A stretch of 59,600 bases of DNA, filler included, from Stramenopiles sp. TOSAG23-2 (Eukaryota), in the NCBI GenBank assembly GCA_900128395.1. It is 3 parts of 3 records of this genome, joined end to end, with 100 filler letters (N's around TTAATTAATTAA, not from the genome) between each part and the next. Parts side by side here need not be neighbours in the genome. Positions count along the whole stretch, not along the records: positions 1 to 19,855 come from LT649572.1; 2 more parts are not named here. The stretch is one strand, 5' to 3'. Both the position numbers and the translations under genes were made by a program. Positions within the stretch are counted from its first letter, which is position 1; each line of letters opens with the position of its first letter. Below are positions 1 to 9,621 of the stretch, one piece after another. The notes beneath the pieces are model-generated. The model was not told the DNA's origin. It did no database searches and saw nothing but the letters and a program-made list of their open reading frames with translations.

Positions 1-2934
1 AAGTGGTATCCTGTTGCAATGTTCCTTATAACTAAATTAGTGACAGATACAACTCCAGTTGAATTTGTTACTGAATTATTATTACCATTTACAACAGAAG
101 GTTTGCGTGAAAGTTCTAACCCATTAGAAGCTATACGATTAGTAGAACCGGAGAAATATGCTTATCAATCAAAATTTGTAAATCGTTTTACATATTTTTT
201 TGAACGCTGCGGTTGTCAACGATTTGCAGAGAAAATGGGCAAGGAAATCTTCGTTTCATTGGAATCTACCAAAGCAGATGTGTATAATTTTAATCTAAAA
301 GAAGTTATAGAAGCAGCTAGTTTTCACGGTAACATTGGTGAGAAGAAAGAAACATTGGATAAAATGGCGGCAGGGGAGCAAGCTTTGGTATTCCAAGAGA
401 AGGAAAACGTCCGTAAGGAACTGCAAACGCTTGGAGCTCAATACTTGAAGAAATTTGGTGTAAAATTTCTTGTATCTGCAAAAGGAAAAAGTGGCAAAGA
501 TTTATTATCAATTATGCAACAACGTATTAATAATTCATTTGAAACAGAATTACAAAATGCTAGAATAGCACTATTTGATATTACACGCAAGCGTATGACA
601 AGTGAGCCGTTGGATACAGTCTCAACAGACATTGAAAAATTACGACAAAAATACAATGTCCAAGGTGCATCTGTAGCTTTGTCTCGCAGTGGTGGTGATA
701 ACATACAGACATTATCTTTTGGTAAAGCAAATGAGAGGGACAAAGTTGACGCTAAAACTATGTTTGAAATTGCTTCTTTAAGTAAAACATTTGCATCTGC
801 ATTTGCAATTGAATATTTTGCTAATCGTGGAATACCATTAACAACAAGTGCGAATAAATTATTACGCGATTGTGGATCCTCCTTTCGATTGAGCCACCCA
901 AACAATGTTGAATGGGGCGAACAAGTTAATTTACAACATTTGATGAGTCATAGCGCATTAAACATGCATTATGTTAATGGAGTTCCATTGAATGCAGAGG
1001 AGAATATGCTACCAATTAAAGATTTTTTAAATGGAAATGAAAAATATAGCTATCCAGCTATTGAGGTCTTATCAAAACCAGGGACAGTATTTCATTATAG
1101 TGGTGGTGGCTTCTTAGTTCTGCAACATTTGATAGAATCCTTTGAGAAAAATGATTCTATACAAAATATTATGGAACCATTTCTACGAAAGCTTGGAATC
1201 GCAAATGGAACTTTAACTTTTGAGGGAAAACCAGAAAATGAAAATCAAATTGCACGTGGTTACTTAGATAGTGGTGAAATGTATGGAAATGGTGGCCGTA
1301 AAATGTTTCCTGCCTATCCAGCTGGTGCCTGTGGTACGCCAGAGAGCGTTTTAAAATTATTGCAGCATTTAACTACTGCATATAATGATCCAAATGGCTC
1401 AGGACCAATCTCACATGATACTGCCATCACAATGCTGCATGGGACAGATAAGGGATGTAAGCATTTTATGGGATTGCAAATGGGAGTTGGTGTGTTTGTA
1501 GGCGAGGCACAGCGTAATCGTTTTGCTATTCACCAAGGTGCAAATGATGGTTATCGAGGCGTTTTCCTTCATTGTTTTGCTGGACCAGATAAAGGGACTG
1601 GGTTGGTTATGTTTGCTAATGGCGATAATCATGCAATGTTTTTCATTTCAGAATCCTTACAAATTATTCTGAAAACTTTGAATCTGGAAGGTGTAGACAG
1701 TTCGAAATTCAATGGTGTAAATTTTTCAACTGAAAATATCAAGCAAGAAGAAATAGTCAATTTTGGATACAAAGCGATGGTTTTTCGTGCATTTGAGGAA
1801 GATTTGCCGGAAATAACGGTGCCTCCGTTGTTTACATCGGAATCCTTGGCATTGCATGATGACGCTGCAGTTGTGCCACTTCATGAATTAACAGCATATA
1901 ATGGTGTGGTCGGTGCAAAATTACTTTCCACTACAGATCAAGGATTTGCGCAAGCGGCTAATTTAGTACTGCCAGCAGTTCCGCAATTTGATCCAACATT
2001 ATTTTGTCGCCATGGTAAAGTAATGGATAGTTGGGAGACTGTTCGACATAATGAAAATGAATTTCATGAAGCAATTTTTGAATTAAAAAAAGAAATTACT
2101 GTTCAATATGTGTTAATTTCAACGAAATGGCATTATGGAAATCAAGTGAAACATGTGCAAATATATGTACGCGGCAACGGCGATGGAGATTCATGGGAGG
2201 AATTAATACCAAAAATGAATTTAAATGGACATTCGGAGGTCCGTATAAAGACAGAGAAATCTTTAAAATGTAAACAATTCAAAGTGCTTGGATATCCAGA
2301 TGGTGGATTAACACGAGTGGGTTTGTATGAAGATGCTACGTTACCTGCAAGTGACAAAGCTACATTTGATTCCAAATGTACTAAATGTGAAGAAGCTATT
2401 CCAAAGACTGTTAAACCTATGTCGATTGATTTTAAATTCAACAAGGCTGATGTATTGAGTAATATTTCGAAATTGAATGATGGGGAAACGTATAATATGG
2501 CATCAAGTGCATATGGAGCATCGATTATTTCATGTACGAATGAACATTATGGTTCATCATCACAAACATTATCGCCTTACATGCCATTATCAATGTTTGA
2601 TGGGTTTGAATCCAGTCGCTCCCACGATAGAAGCCATAAAGAAGAAATATGTATACAATTATCTGAATCAAGTCAAATTGATGCTATTGAATTTGACTTT
2701 ACATATTTTGTACATAATAATCCAGTTGCTCTGGAAGTGTATGGCAAATTGCAAAATGAAGGTTCCTTTTCATGGGTTAATTTGGTGAACAAAACTAGCG
2801 TAAAGGAATATGCAGGCAATACACGAAGATTTTCACTTGCCGATAGCGATAAATTTGAAACAGATCAAATCAAAGTAATGGTATATCCAGATGGTGGATT
2901 TAATCGTATTCGTGTTTTTGGGAAAAAACAGTAA
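1..2934 (+). CDS. 5'-truncated multidomain purine-catabolism fusion: probable malate synthase C-terminal tail + OHCU decarboxylase + beta-lactamase-family serine hydrolase + allantoicase (two repeats)
   Basis: Frame is open from base 1 (KWYPVA precedes the listed Met). OHCU decarboxylase-like segment ~181-600 (FHGNIG, GEQ, YLKKFGVKFLVSAKG, ELQNARIALFDITRKRM). Serine hydrolase ~616-1680 (FEIASLSKT with SxxK at 775, LMSHSA, YSGGG at 1096, HQGANDGY at 1531). Allantoicase repeats ~1890-2930 (MDSWET at 2023, YPDGGLTRVGLY, MFDGFES, YPDGGFNRIRVFG). Confidence 0.9.
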   Translation, partial: KWYPVAMFLITKLVTDTTPVEFVTELLLPFTTEGLRESSNPLEAIRLVEPEKYAYQSKFVNRFTYFFERCGCQRFAEKMGKEIFVSLESTKADVYNFNLKEVIEAASFHGNIGEKKETLDKMAAGEQALVFQEKENVRKELQTLGAQYLKKFGVKFLVSAKGKSGKDLLSIMQQRINNSFETELQNARIALFDITRKRMTSEPLDTVSTDIEKLRQKYNVQGASVALSRSGGDNIQTLSFGKANERDKVDAKTMFEIASLSKTFASAFAIEYFANRGIPLTTSANKLLRDCGSSFRLSHPNNVEWGEQVNLQHLMSHSALNMHYVNGVPLNAEENMLPIKDFLNGNEKYSYPAIEVLSKPGTVFHYSGGGFLVLQHLIESFEKNDSIQNIMEPFLRKLGIANGTLTFEGKPENENQIARGYLDSGEMYGNGGRKMFPAYPAGACGTPESVLKLLQHLTTAYNDPNGSGPISHDTAITMLHGTDKGCKHFMGLQMGVGVFVGEAQRNRFAIHQGANDGYRGVFLHCFAGPDKGTGLVMFANGDNHAMFFISESLQIILKTLNLEGVDSSKFNGVNFSTENIKQEEIVNFGYKAMVFRAFEEDLPEITVPPLFTSESLALHDDAAVVPLHELTAYNGVVGAKLLSTTDQGFAQAANLVLPAVPQFDPTLFCRHGKVMDSWETVRHNENEFHEAIFELKKEITVQYVLISTKWHYGNQVKHVQIYVRGNGDGDSWEELIPKMNLNGHSEVRIKTEKSLKCKQFKVLGYPDGGLTRVGLYEDATLPASDKATFDSKCTKCEEAIPKTVKPMSIDFKFNKADVLSNISKLNDGETYNMASSAYGASIISCTNEHYGSSSQTLSPYMPLSMFDGFESSRSHDRSHKEEICIQLSESSQIDAIEFDFTYFVHNNPVALEVYGKLQNEGSFSWVNLVNKTSVKEYAGNTRRFSLADSDKFETDQIKVMVYPDGGFNRIRVFGKKQ

Positions 2935-3467
2935 CAGTACCGTGAGATGTGAGAGGTATCCCCAACATGACTGTGGTAGTCCTTTATATCTATGCTTAAG
3001 ATATTAATTAGTAATTTAAGGATAGCTACATACATGGTCCTATCCGTCTTTTCCGTGATGGCCACTTCGTACTTCTTTTAATATACTAAATATGCTATAA
3101 TTTATCTATCAAATATATATCCCTTCTATAGCAGGTGAATACGATGGAAACCACACAGGTTTTTGATTGGAGGTTGGAGGAAGCCGGAAAGTTTACCTTA
3201 ACCTGTGGTGTAAAACATATTTAAGTTGGAATATATGATGTTTAATCTGATGAATGATGAGCATTGCATGAATACCACCACAGGAATATATCTTTTTTTA
3301 TTTTTTGAAATAAATAAAAACTAAGAAAGTGATTGATGAAAGTATTTAGTAGATAGAAGAATCAAAAGTCCAGTTTATTATTATTTATTAAATTAATATT
3401 ATTATTATTCATTCAATCTAATATAGCAGTAGGGAAAACATATATATATATTATTATTATACAAAAG

Positions 3468-5162
3468 ATGGATGCATTAGCGATTGATTTAGTGCAATAC
3501 AATAGTCCTGCATCATTAAAAATGCGACATAGGCGAAAAACGAAAGGTGGAGGATTGAATCATTCACATAATAAAAGTAGTCGTTTAGGGATAATGCATA
3601 ATCATTTAAATAATCCATTAGAGTTAGAACCTCTTGATAGTACTAGTAATAATATTAATAATAGAAATGTTAATGATGGTATATCACCAACATTTATTGA
3701 TTATGCAGAGGAAGAATTAGAAAATATCAATAATGGTTCTTCTTCCTCTATGAATAGTTCTAATTTATCATCTGGTGGTGGTATTTTAAAAACACCACAA
3801 AAAATGATGAACAAAAACAATAATAATGGTATAAAGCAACCTGTACGTTTTAATTTTAAGCAAGACAGCTTATACATAAACAATAGACCAAGTTTACAAG
3901 GATCGAATCCAAAGTTAGAAGCATTATCCGTCGGTTCAAATGGATTAATGAAAAGCGCATCTACTATCAATCTTTTACAATTTCAACTAGATAAACAAAT
4001 GACGAATAGCGTTTTAAAAAACAATAATGAAAGATTAAAACATATGAATAGTCCACCATCACCGATGCGAAAAGGAAAGCGAAATACAAATGCAACATTA
4101 GCTCTTGGCAAAATTGTTGTTCCAATGATGGATGGGATTGAAAGTATTGTTGATGATGGTTTTCAAAAATGTTTTGAACGTCGTAGTGAACCATCATGGA
4201 ATTATGTTTGGTATTTAGCGATTCCATGGTTTTTTGGTGTGTTGTTTCGTTGGTTCATTTTATTTCCAATACGTTTAGTCTATTGGATTTTAGGTCATAT
4301 TTTATTTATCATTATAAATATCGTTGGTGGTGTATATTTCACATATACAAGAAATCATGAAAAACAGAAAAAGTTCGAGTTGTATTTAGTGAAATGGCTT
4401 GCATATGTTTATGTATCTTCATGGTCGGGGGTTGTACGATTTCATGGGGAAAAGCCAAGGTTGCAAAAGCAAGTGTTTGTTGCAAATCATTCAACTATGA
4501 TTGATGTTGCTATTTTATTACAAAATAATATTTATAGTTTAGTTGGGCAAGCACATAAATCATATTATGTCAATTTAGTACAAAATGTTGCTATGAGGAG
4601 TATGGATTGCATATGGTTTAATCGTGATGAAACGAGAGATAGAACTAAAGTCAGCAAGCGTCTGAGAGAACATGCACGAAATGTTAATGGTGATTTACAA
4701 CCATTGTTAATTTTTCCAGAAGGTACGTGTGTTAATAATGAATATGTTGTTTTATTTAAAAAAACAGTATTTGATTTGGATGATGATATTGCCATTTGTC
4801 CAATTGCTATTAAATACAATAAATTGTTTTGCGATGCTTATTGGATATCAAGACAAGAATCGTTTTTATTCTATCTTTTTCGTTTAATGCGTTCGTATTG
4901 TTTAGTATGTGATGTTTGGTACATGAATCCTATGTATAGAAAAAAAGGAGAAACCGCTATTGAATTTTCTTGGCGAGTTCAACAAGCAATTGCAGATAAA
5001 GCTGGTTTAGTAAATACAAATTATGATGGATATATGAAATATTGGAAACCAAGTTTACGATATAAACGAGCAAGGCAATTAGCATTTGCAAATCAAATTT
5101 TACCGTCGGATGTACTTGACAATAAAAGAACAATATCAAAATCCAGTAATGGAAGACACTAA
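3468..5162 (+). CDS. GPAT9: ER-type glycerol-3-phosphate acyltransferase (GPAT9 / GPAT3-4 family) with an Asn-rich disordered N-terminal extension
   Basis: IESIVDDGFQKCF..WN segment, TM helices, HxxxxD motif (VANHSTMID), IWFNR, LLIFPEGTCVNN, PIAIKY, VCDVWY. Confidence 0.92.
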   Translation: MDALAIDLVQYNSPASLKMRHRRKTKGGGLNHSHNKSSRLGIMHNHLNNPLELEPLDSTSNNINNRNVNDGISPTFIDYAEEELENINNGSSSSMNSSNLSSGGGILKTPQKMMNKNNNNGIKQPVRFNFKQDSLYINNRPSLQGSNPKLEALSVGSNGLMKSASTINLLQFQLDKQMTNSVLKNNNERLKHMNSPPSPMRKGKRNTNATLALGKIVVPMMDGIESIVDDGFQKCFERRSEPSWNYVWYLAIPWFFGVLFRWFILFPIRLVYWILGHILFIIINIVGGVYFTYTRNHEKQKKFELYLVKWLAYVYVSSWSGVVRFHGEKPRLQKQVFVANHSTMIDVAILLQNNIYSLVGQAHKSYYVNLVQNVAMRSMDCIWFNRDETRDRTKVSKRLREHARNVNGDLQPLLIFPEGTCVNNEYVVLFKKTVFDLDDDIAICPIAIKYNKLFCDAYWISRQESFLFYLFRLMRSYCLVCDVWYMNPMYRKKGETAIEFSWRVQQAIADKAGLVNTNYDGYMKYWKPSLRYKRARQLAFANQILPSDVLDNKRTISKSSNGRH

Positions 5163-5593
5163 AGAATGGGGTGGTGTGTATGTACGTAATATTGATTTTT
5201 AATCGATTTCGTCGTTAGTAGTGTCATCTTTAGCTCTGCGTGTGTGTGTATAATGTGTTTTGATATATATACCAGGTTTTTATATCATACGTATTTTTTT
5301 CGAGGCGAGAGCATTTGCTTTTTTGTCAACATTTTTGCACATATTTGGTAATATTTAAATCAATTTTTTCGAAACTAAAATCATATGAAATACGAGTAAC
5401 ATTTTTTATAAATGCATAATTTAATCGCTGTAAGAAGAAGCGTAAAAAATTACGAAGCGTGTAAAAAAATACGATTTCGTATCATATGATAGTTCCTTTC
5501 AAATTACACGCGCGCACCCCTCTCACTCTTTCTTTTTCATTTGAAACACACCATAATACGTATACGTACGAGGCGTATATATTATCAACTTTT

Positions 5594-6571
5594 TTACAAT
5601 CTTGCTTTATCTTTATTAATAGATTCAGCGGCCACGTTCCATAATTTTTTTAATTCATATGTAGTGAAATCAATATTTAATTTTAAACCAAAATAAATTT
5701 CAATCATACGTATCCATTCTTCCATTGTTTTTGCTTCTTGAACTACAATCCAATTTAATTGGTTGTCTCCATCTGTATCATTCTTGGTTTCAATTAATTG
5801 ACGTAATTTTGTACCAACTACATGTAATAACACACCACCCTGTGATGTTCGAAAAATAGATGGCTTATAAAAAGGACTTGTTTCTTTTGCATCATGATAC
5901 CAAATATGTTTTTCTAAAAATGCTGTATGATATGCCTCCATCGTATTATCAATTGGGTCAATTTCAAAATCCAGACCTTCGAAAACTGCATTTGGATGAT
6001 TATACCACCTCCACACAACGTTATCAATTTTATTCAATTTATACTTCCTACCGTCTACTAGTCGCCATTCTATACTATCATTGTTTGGTAATTCAAATGG
6101 TAAGTTTGGTCCATCCCCTAAACCAACATCAACAACAAATTTTTTATTATCTATATGTACAACGCAGACAACATGATTAGTTGATTGTTTTACACTTGCA
6201 GATTCTGCTTCTCGCCAAGTTAAGTCCAATCTATCCTTTATAGCACTGCAATATCCTCTATGCAATGTAACTTTATAACCAAGACTAGAGAGCAATGACG
6301 AAAATGCACCAACTAATAGAAAACAATATCCACCACGTGAGCGGTCCAATAATCGATTGACTAAATCTATTTTTAATAAGGATTGTGGATTTTTCCTTGA
6401 GGCTACATCTAATGCTTCATATGGATATGTATTGAGATGGGATTGAAAAATTTTATTTAATGTTTGATAAGATGGTATCAAAACTTCATCTGGTTTGATT
6501 TTTAATTGTTTTAAATATTTCTGTATGGTAACAACTGGTAACTTTACATTTAATAATTGATTTTTAGACAT
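5594..6571 (-). CDS. Arylamine N-acetyltransferase family protein with C-terminal -ARL
   Basis: PYEAL, RGGYCF (catalytic Cys), NHVVCVV (His) and VDVGLGD (Asp) give the NAT catalytic triad in order. Confidence 0.88.
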   Translation of the reverse strand: MSKNQLLNVKLPVVTIQKYLKQLKIKPDEVLIPSYQTLNKIFQSHLNTYPYEALDVASRKNPQSLLKIDLVNRLLDRSRGGYCFLLVGAFSSLLSSLGYKVTLHRGYCSAIKDRLDLTWREAESASVKQSTNHVVCVVHIDNKKFVVDVGLGDGPNLPFELPNNDSIEWRLVDGRKYKLNKIDNVVWRWYNHPNAVFEGLDFEIDPIDNTMEAYHTAFLEKHIWYHDAKETSPFYKPSIFRTSQGGVLLHVVGTKLRQLIETKNDTDGDNQLNWIVVQEAKTMEEWIRMIEIYFGLKLNIDFTTYELKKLWNVAAESINKDKARL

Positions 6572-6769
6572 GGTGAGAATTAGAATAGTAGTGGATTCAT
6601 GTTATGAAAATTATTATTTTTTTCGTATTTTGTATGTGTATTATGTATATTCTTCTGAAGGGATATAATAAATTAAAATGTAATGGTAATGGTGAGATAA
6701 AAGTTACAAAGTATACATTAAAAAAGAAGAAGAATAAAAAATATTTACTATATACGACACGAACCAATT

Positions 6770-7531
6770 TTATCCAGTTGATACTTCCATGCCACTCATT
6801 AAAAAACTAATTTTATTTAATGTATCTATCGCTTCATTTATAGCTTGTTGGCATTCAATAAATTCCACATTGTTTTTATTATTTGTACATTTAACAACTA
6901 ATGTCCCTTGTTCATTTGACATACGTTGTACTAATATTCGTATTTTCGGAGTTGGATCCAACCAAATTTGATTCATGGTATCACCAGCAGCTGCCATCAT
7001 ATCATTCGCAACACTTTTCAATGCTTGTAAATTTGCTTTGAAACCTATTTGATCTATATCTTTTGTTGTATATGTAACTTGTGAATCGCTGGTGACCAAT
7101 ACGGCTAATTGTATGCCCCGACTATCTTGTAATTTTCCCAATGTTGGTGCTATTGCACTACGAATAGTTTCTGGTATTTTAAATTGAAAATCTTCGAAAT
7201 CTTTTAAATTAGTACCAATATTATTTTTTAAGTCTTTGGAATAAGTGGAAAAAAATGTGGACAAAATTTGTGTTGCAATCAATTTACCAAACTCAGGTCC
7301 ATCATCTGCACTGTGAAAAATTGCACATGAAATATCTAATGTTGCTACTATCGTTACTGCTACACCTTTTAATTGTATATAGGATACTGGCATACCAGCA
7401 ACATTTTTACTAAATTCTGCAATAGCAGTTAATAATGAACCAATTAATCTTGGTTGACTAACAGATGTTTCATATTCTTTCGAAAACAAGACCAGACCAG
7501 ACGAGGAGACTACCAGGATATTTTTCAGCAT
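6770..7531 (-). CDS. Longin-like N-terminal domain plus possible roadblock-like C-terminal domain, 253 aa
   Basis: N-terminus MLKNILVVSSSGLVLFSKEY...LIGSLLTAIAEFS has the longin beta-beta-alpha pattern. LGKLQDSRGIQLAVLVTSDSQV resembles a roadblock/LC7 start. Fold calls are by eye. Confidence 0.6.
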   Translation of the reverse strand: MLKNILVVSSSGLVLFSKEYETSVSQPRLIGSLLTAIAEFSKNVAGMPVSYIQLKGVAVTIVATLDISCAIFHSADDGPEFGKLIATQILSTFFSTYSKDLKNNIGTNLKDFEDFQFKIPETIRSAIAPTLGKLQDSRGIQLAVLVTSDSQVTYTTKDIDQIGFKANLQALKSVANDMMAAAGDTMNQIWLDPTPKIRILVQRMSNEQGTLVVKCTNNKNNVEFIECQQAINEAIDTLNKISFLMSGMEVSTG

Positions 7532-8466
7532 ATATGTATATTGTTAGGGATGGATGGGTGGGTGGGGGGTGATCACTTATATAAATATATTATCATGTGA
7601 TATGATATGATATGATTGTTCGGATTGATTGTCGATATGCAACATATATGTTGTATAAATAAACAGATGAAGAAGGATTAATAAAATTCTATGATGAGCA
7701 GCTGTTGTATTAGTATACTATATAATACTGGTAATACAGCTTAAAGCTCTGAGCAACCTTGTCCAGCTGTGCCATTTTCGCCAATTATAATATAAGGTAT
7801 AATTGCTTAAATTTTATTTTCCCATTGTCCTTAGTTTTAAATAATTGGCTAAATTTTAAGTTTTGCGTGGGAGGCACTAAAATTAACACACAGGACTATG
7901 GAATCCTACTCGATCCCCTCATAAAATGGGGCTATTTGTAAGAGTTTTGTCCTATATTTCTTTAGTAACAATTACAGTAGTCTTTAGTATATTTACAAAT
8001 TTTAGATTTAGTTAAAAATACAGTATATTGTATAATATATTGACAAATATAGTGGGGTAGTAGTGAAAATGACTATACACATTAAAATATAAATACATGG
8101 TGAAAACGTGATTTTTAAGAACGAGTAGGTGTCAAAATTTAGAACCCCTCCCAAAAAATCCAATGCCATTCCATGGAAAACAAAATTTTAAATAGCATGA
8201 CCATAGCATGAATCTTTTTACATAGCATAGGAATAGCATAGAAACACTACTACAAACACTAATTCATCCATTTTTCCTCTCTTGGGTCCGCCACTACGCC
8301 ACTACTCGATCCCTCCCATAATCAGGCCGTCATCATTATTACCCGTTAATCCCATCTTTATTGCTTCTTTCGTGACACAGACAAACGTTTCTAATCATCA
8401 CATTCGTAATAAACACCACAACTGCATAACGCTTCTACTAGATTTTAAATCCATCCAGATATAGCC

Positions 8467-8799
8467 ATGTGTAAAAAATATTCCAAATATGTCCTAGAAA
8501 TGGACACTAATCCAATCTTTTTAAACTTGGAAAAAGAGAAAAAAATAAAATTTAAAGAAATAATACGGAGATATAGTCATGTATTTAGGAAAACAGTAAC
8601 ACCATTACCTAGGTCGGTGGCAGAGTTTAGGATTGATACAGGTGATGCAAGACCAAGAGTGTCACACCAATACCCACTGCAGAATAAACAAAAAGAAGCA
8701 GTAAAAATTTTTGTAAAGGAAATGTTACAGCAGGGTTTAATTAGACCTTGTTCGTCACCTTGGTCAAGTCCATTGTTGGTGGTATCAAAACCAGATGGT
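8467..8799 (+). mobile_element. Truncated Ty3/gypsy LTR-retrotransposon pol fragment (region just N-terminal to the RT core)
   Basis: FRIDTGDARPRVSHQYPL...VKEMLQQGLIRPCSSPWSSPLLVVSKPDG is the typical gypsy pre-RT block. Homology stops before the expected R.C.DYR.LN motif. Confidence 0.8.
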
Positions 8800-9621
8800 T
8801 ATATTTGGAATTGGCTATATTTGGGCAGGTATATGGCTATATTTGAAATAATCTCAAAGGCCATAATATAATAACAAAAAGTATACATATATACAAACAT
8901 AATACAAATAAGAAAAAGTAACAAAAAGTATACATATATACAAACATAACACAAATATAAAGCAAAAAAAATCAATTAAACAATTAAAATACTTTAGAAA
9001 CGCAATTGAAACAATTATGTCGAGTATAAGAACAACAACAACCCAAAATGGATCAGGTGATCATAAAGCCTTAGAGTAAGGGGAAAAATCTCATCTCCAG
9101 GCATTGGCCTCTTTTCCCTATTCTTTCATTACTCTTTTTTGCTTTGTCTTTTCTCTTCTCCCTATTTAATCTTAATATTGGAAAATTCACGTTTTGCACC
9201 TACATATATATATATATATATATATATATGTTTCCCAGCGCCCCGCTTTATAATAATTCTGGCCAAATATATGGTCTTACTCTCCTCATCCTCATACTAT
9301 GCATCTCCTGCGCTCGTATACAATGCTATTTAGTACTATATGTATTATAACATTCTAAAATAATAACCTTAAAATATTAATAATAAAAATTTAAGGAGAT
9401 TTACAGAAATAACATTCAATCTGTGTTTGTTGTTGGTTATATATATATATACTGTTTCATATAAAATATATATCAATATATCGATAATATAAGTCATCAA
9501 TCTCTTATTTACATTTTTCAACAATAATACTTCTCTGTATTCTATAAATAGATATATATTGTCCATCTTTAGCAAAGAAATTGAATTTTGTTTGAGTAAA
9601 AAAAAAAGAAATATCATCAAA

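Noticed and set aside
616-1680. Antibiotic-resistance beta-lactamase or bacterial contamination
   Set aside because: SxxK family membership does not imply beta-lactam hydrolysis. The domain is fused within a ureide-pathway protein, has host-like AT-rich codons, and shares a contig with clearly eukaryotic, intron-containing genes.
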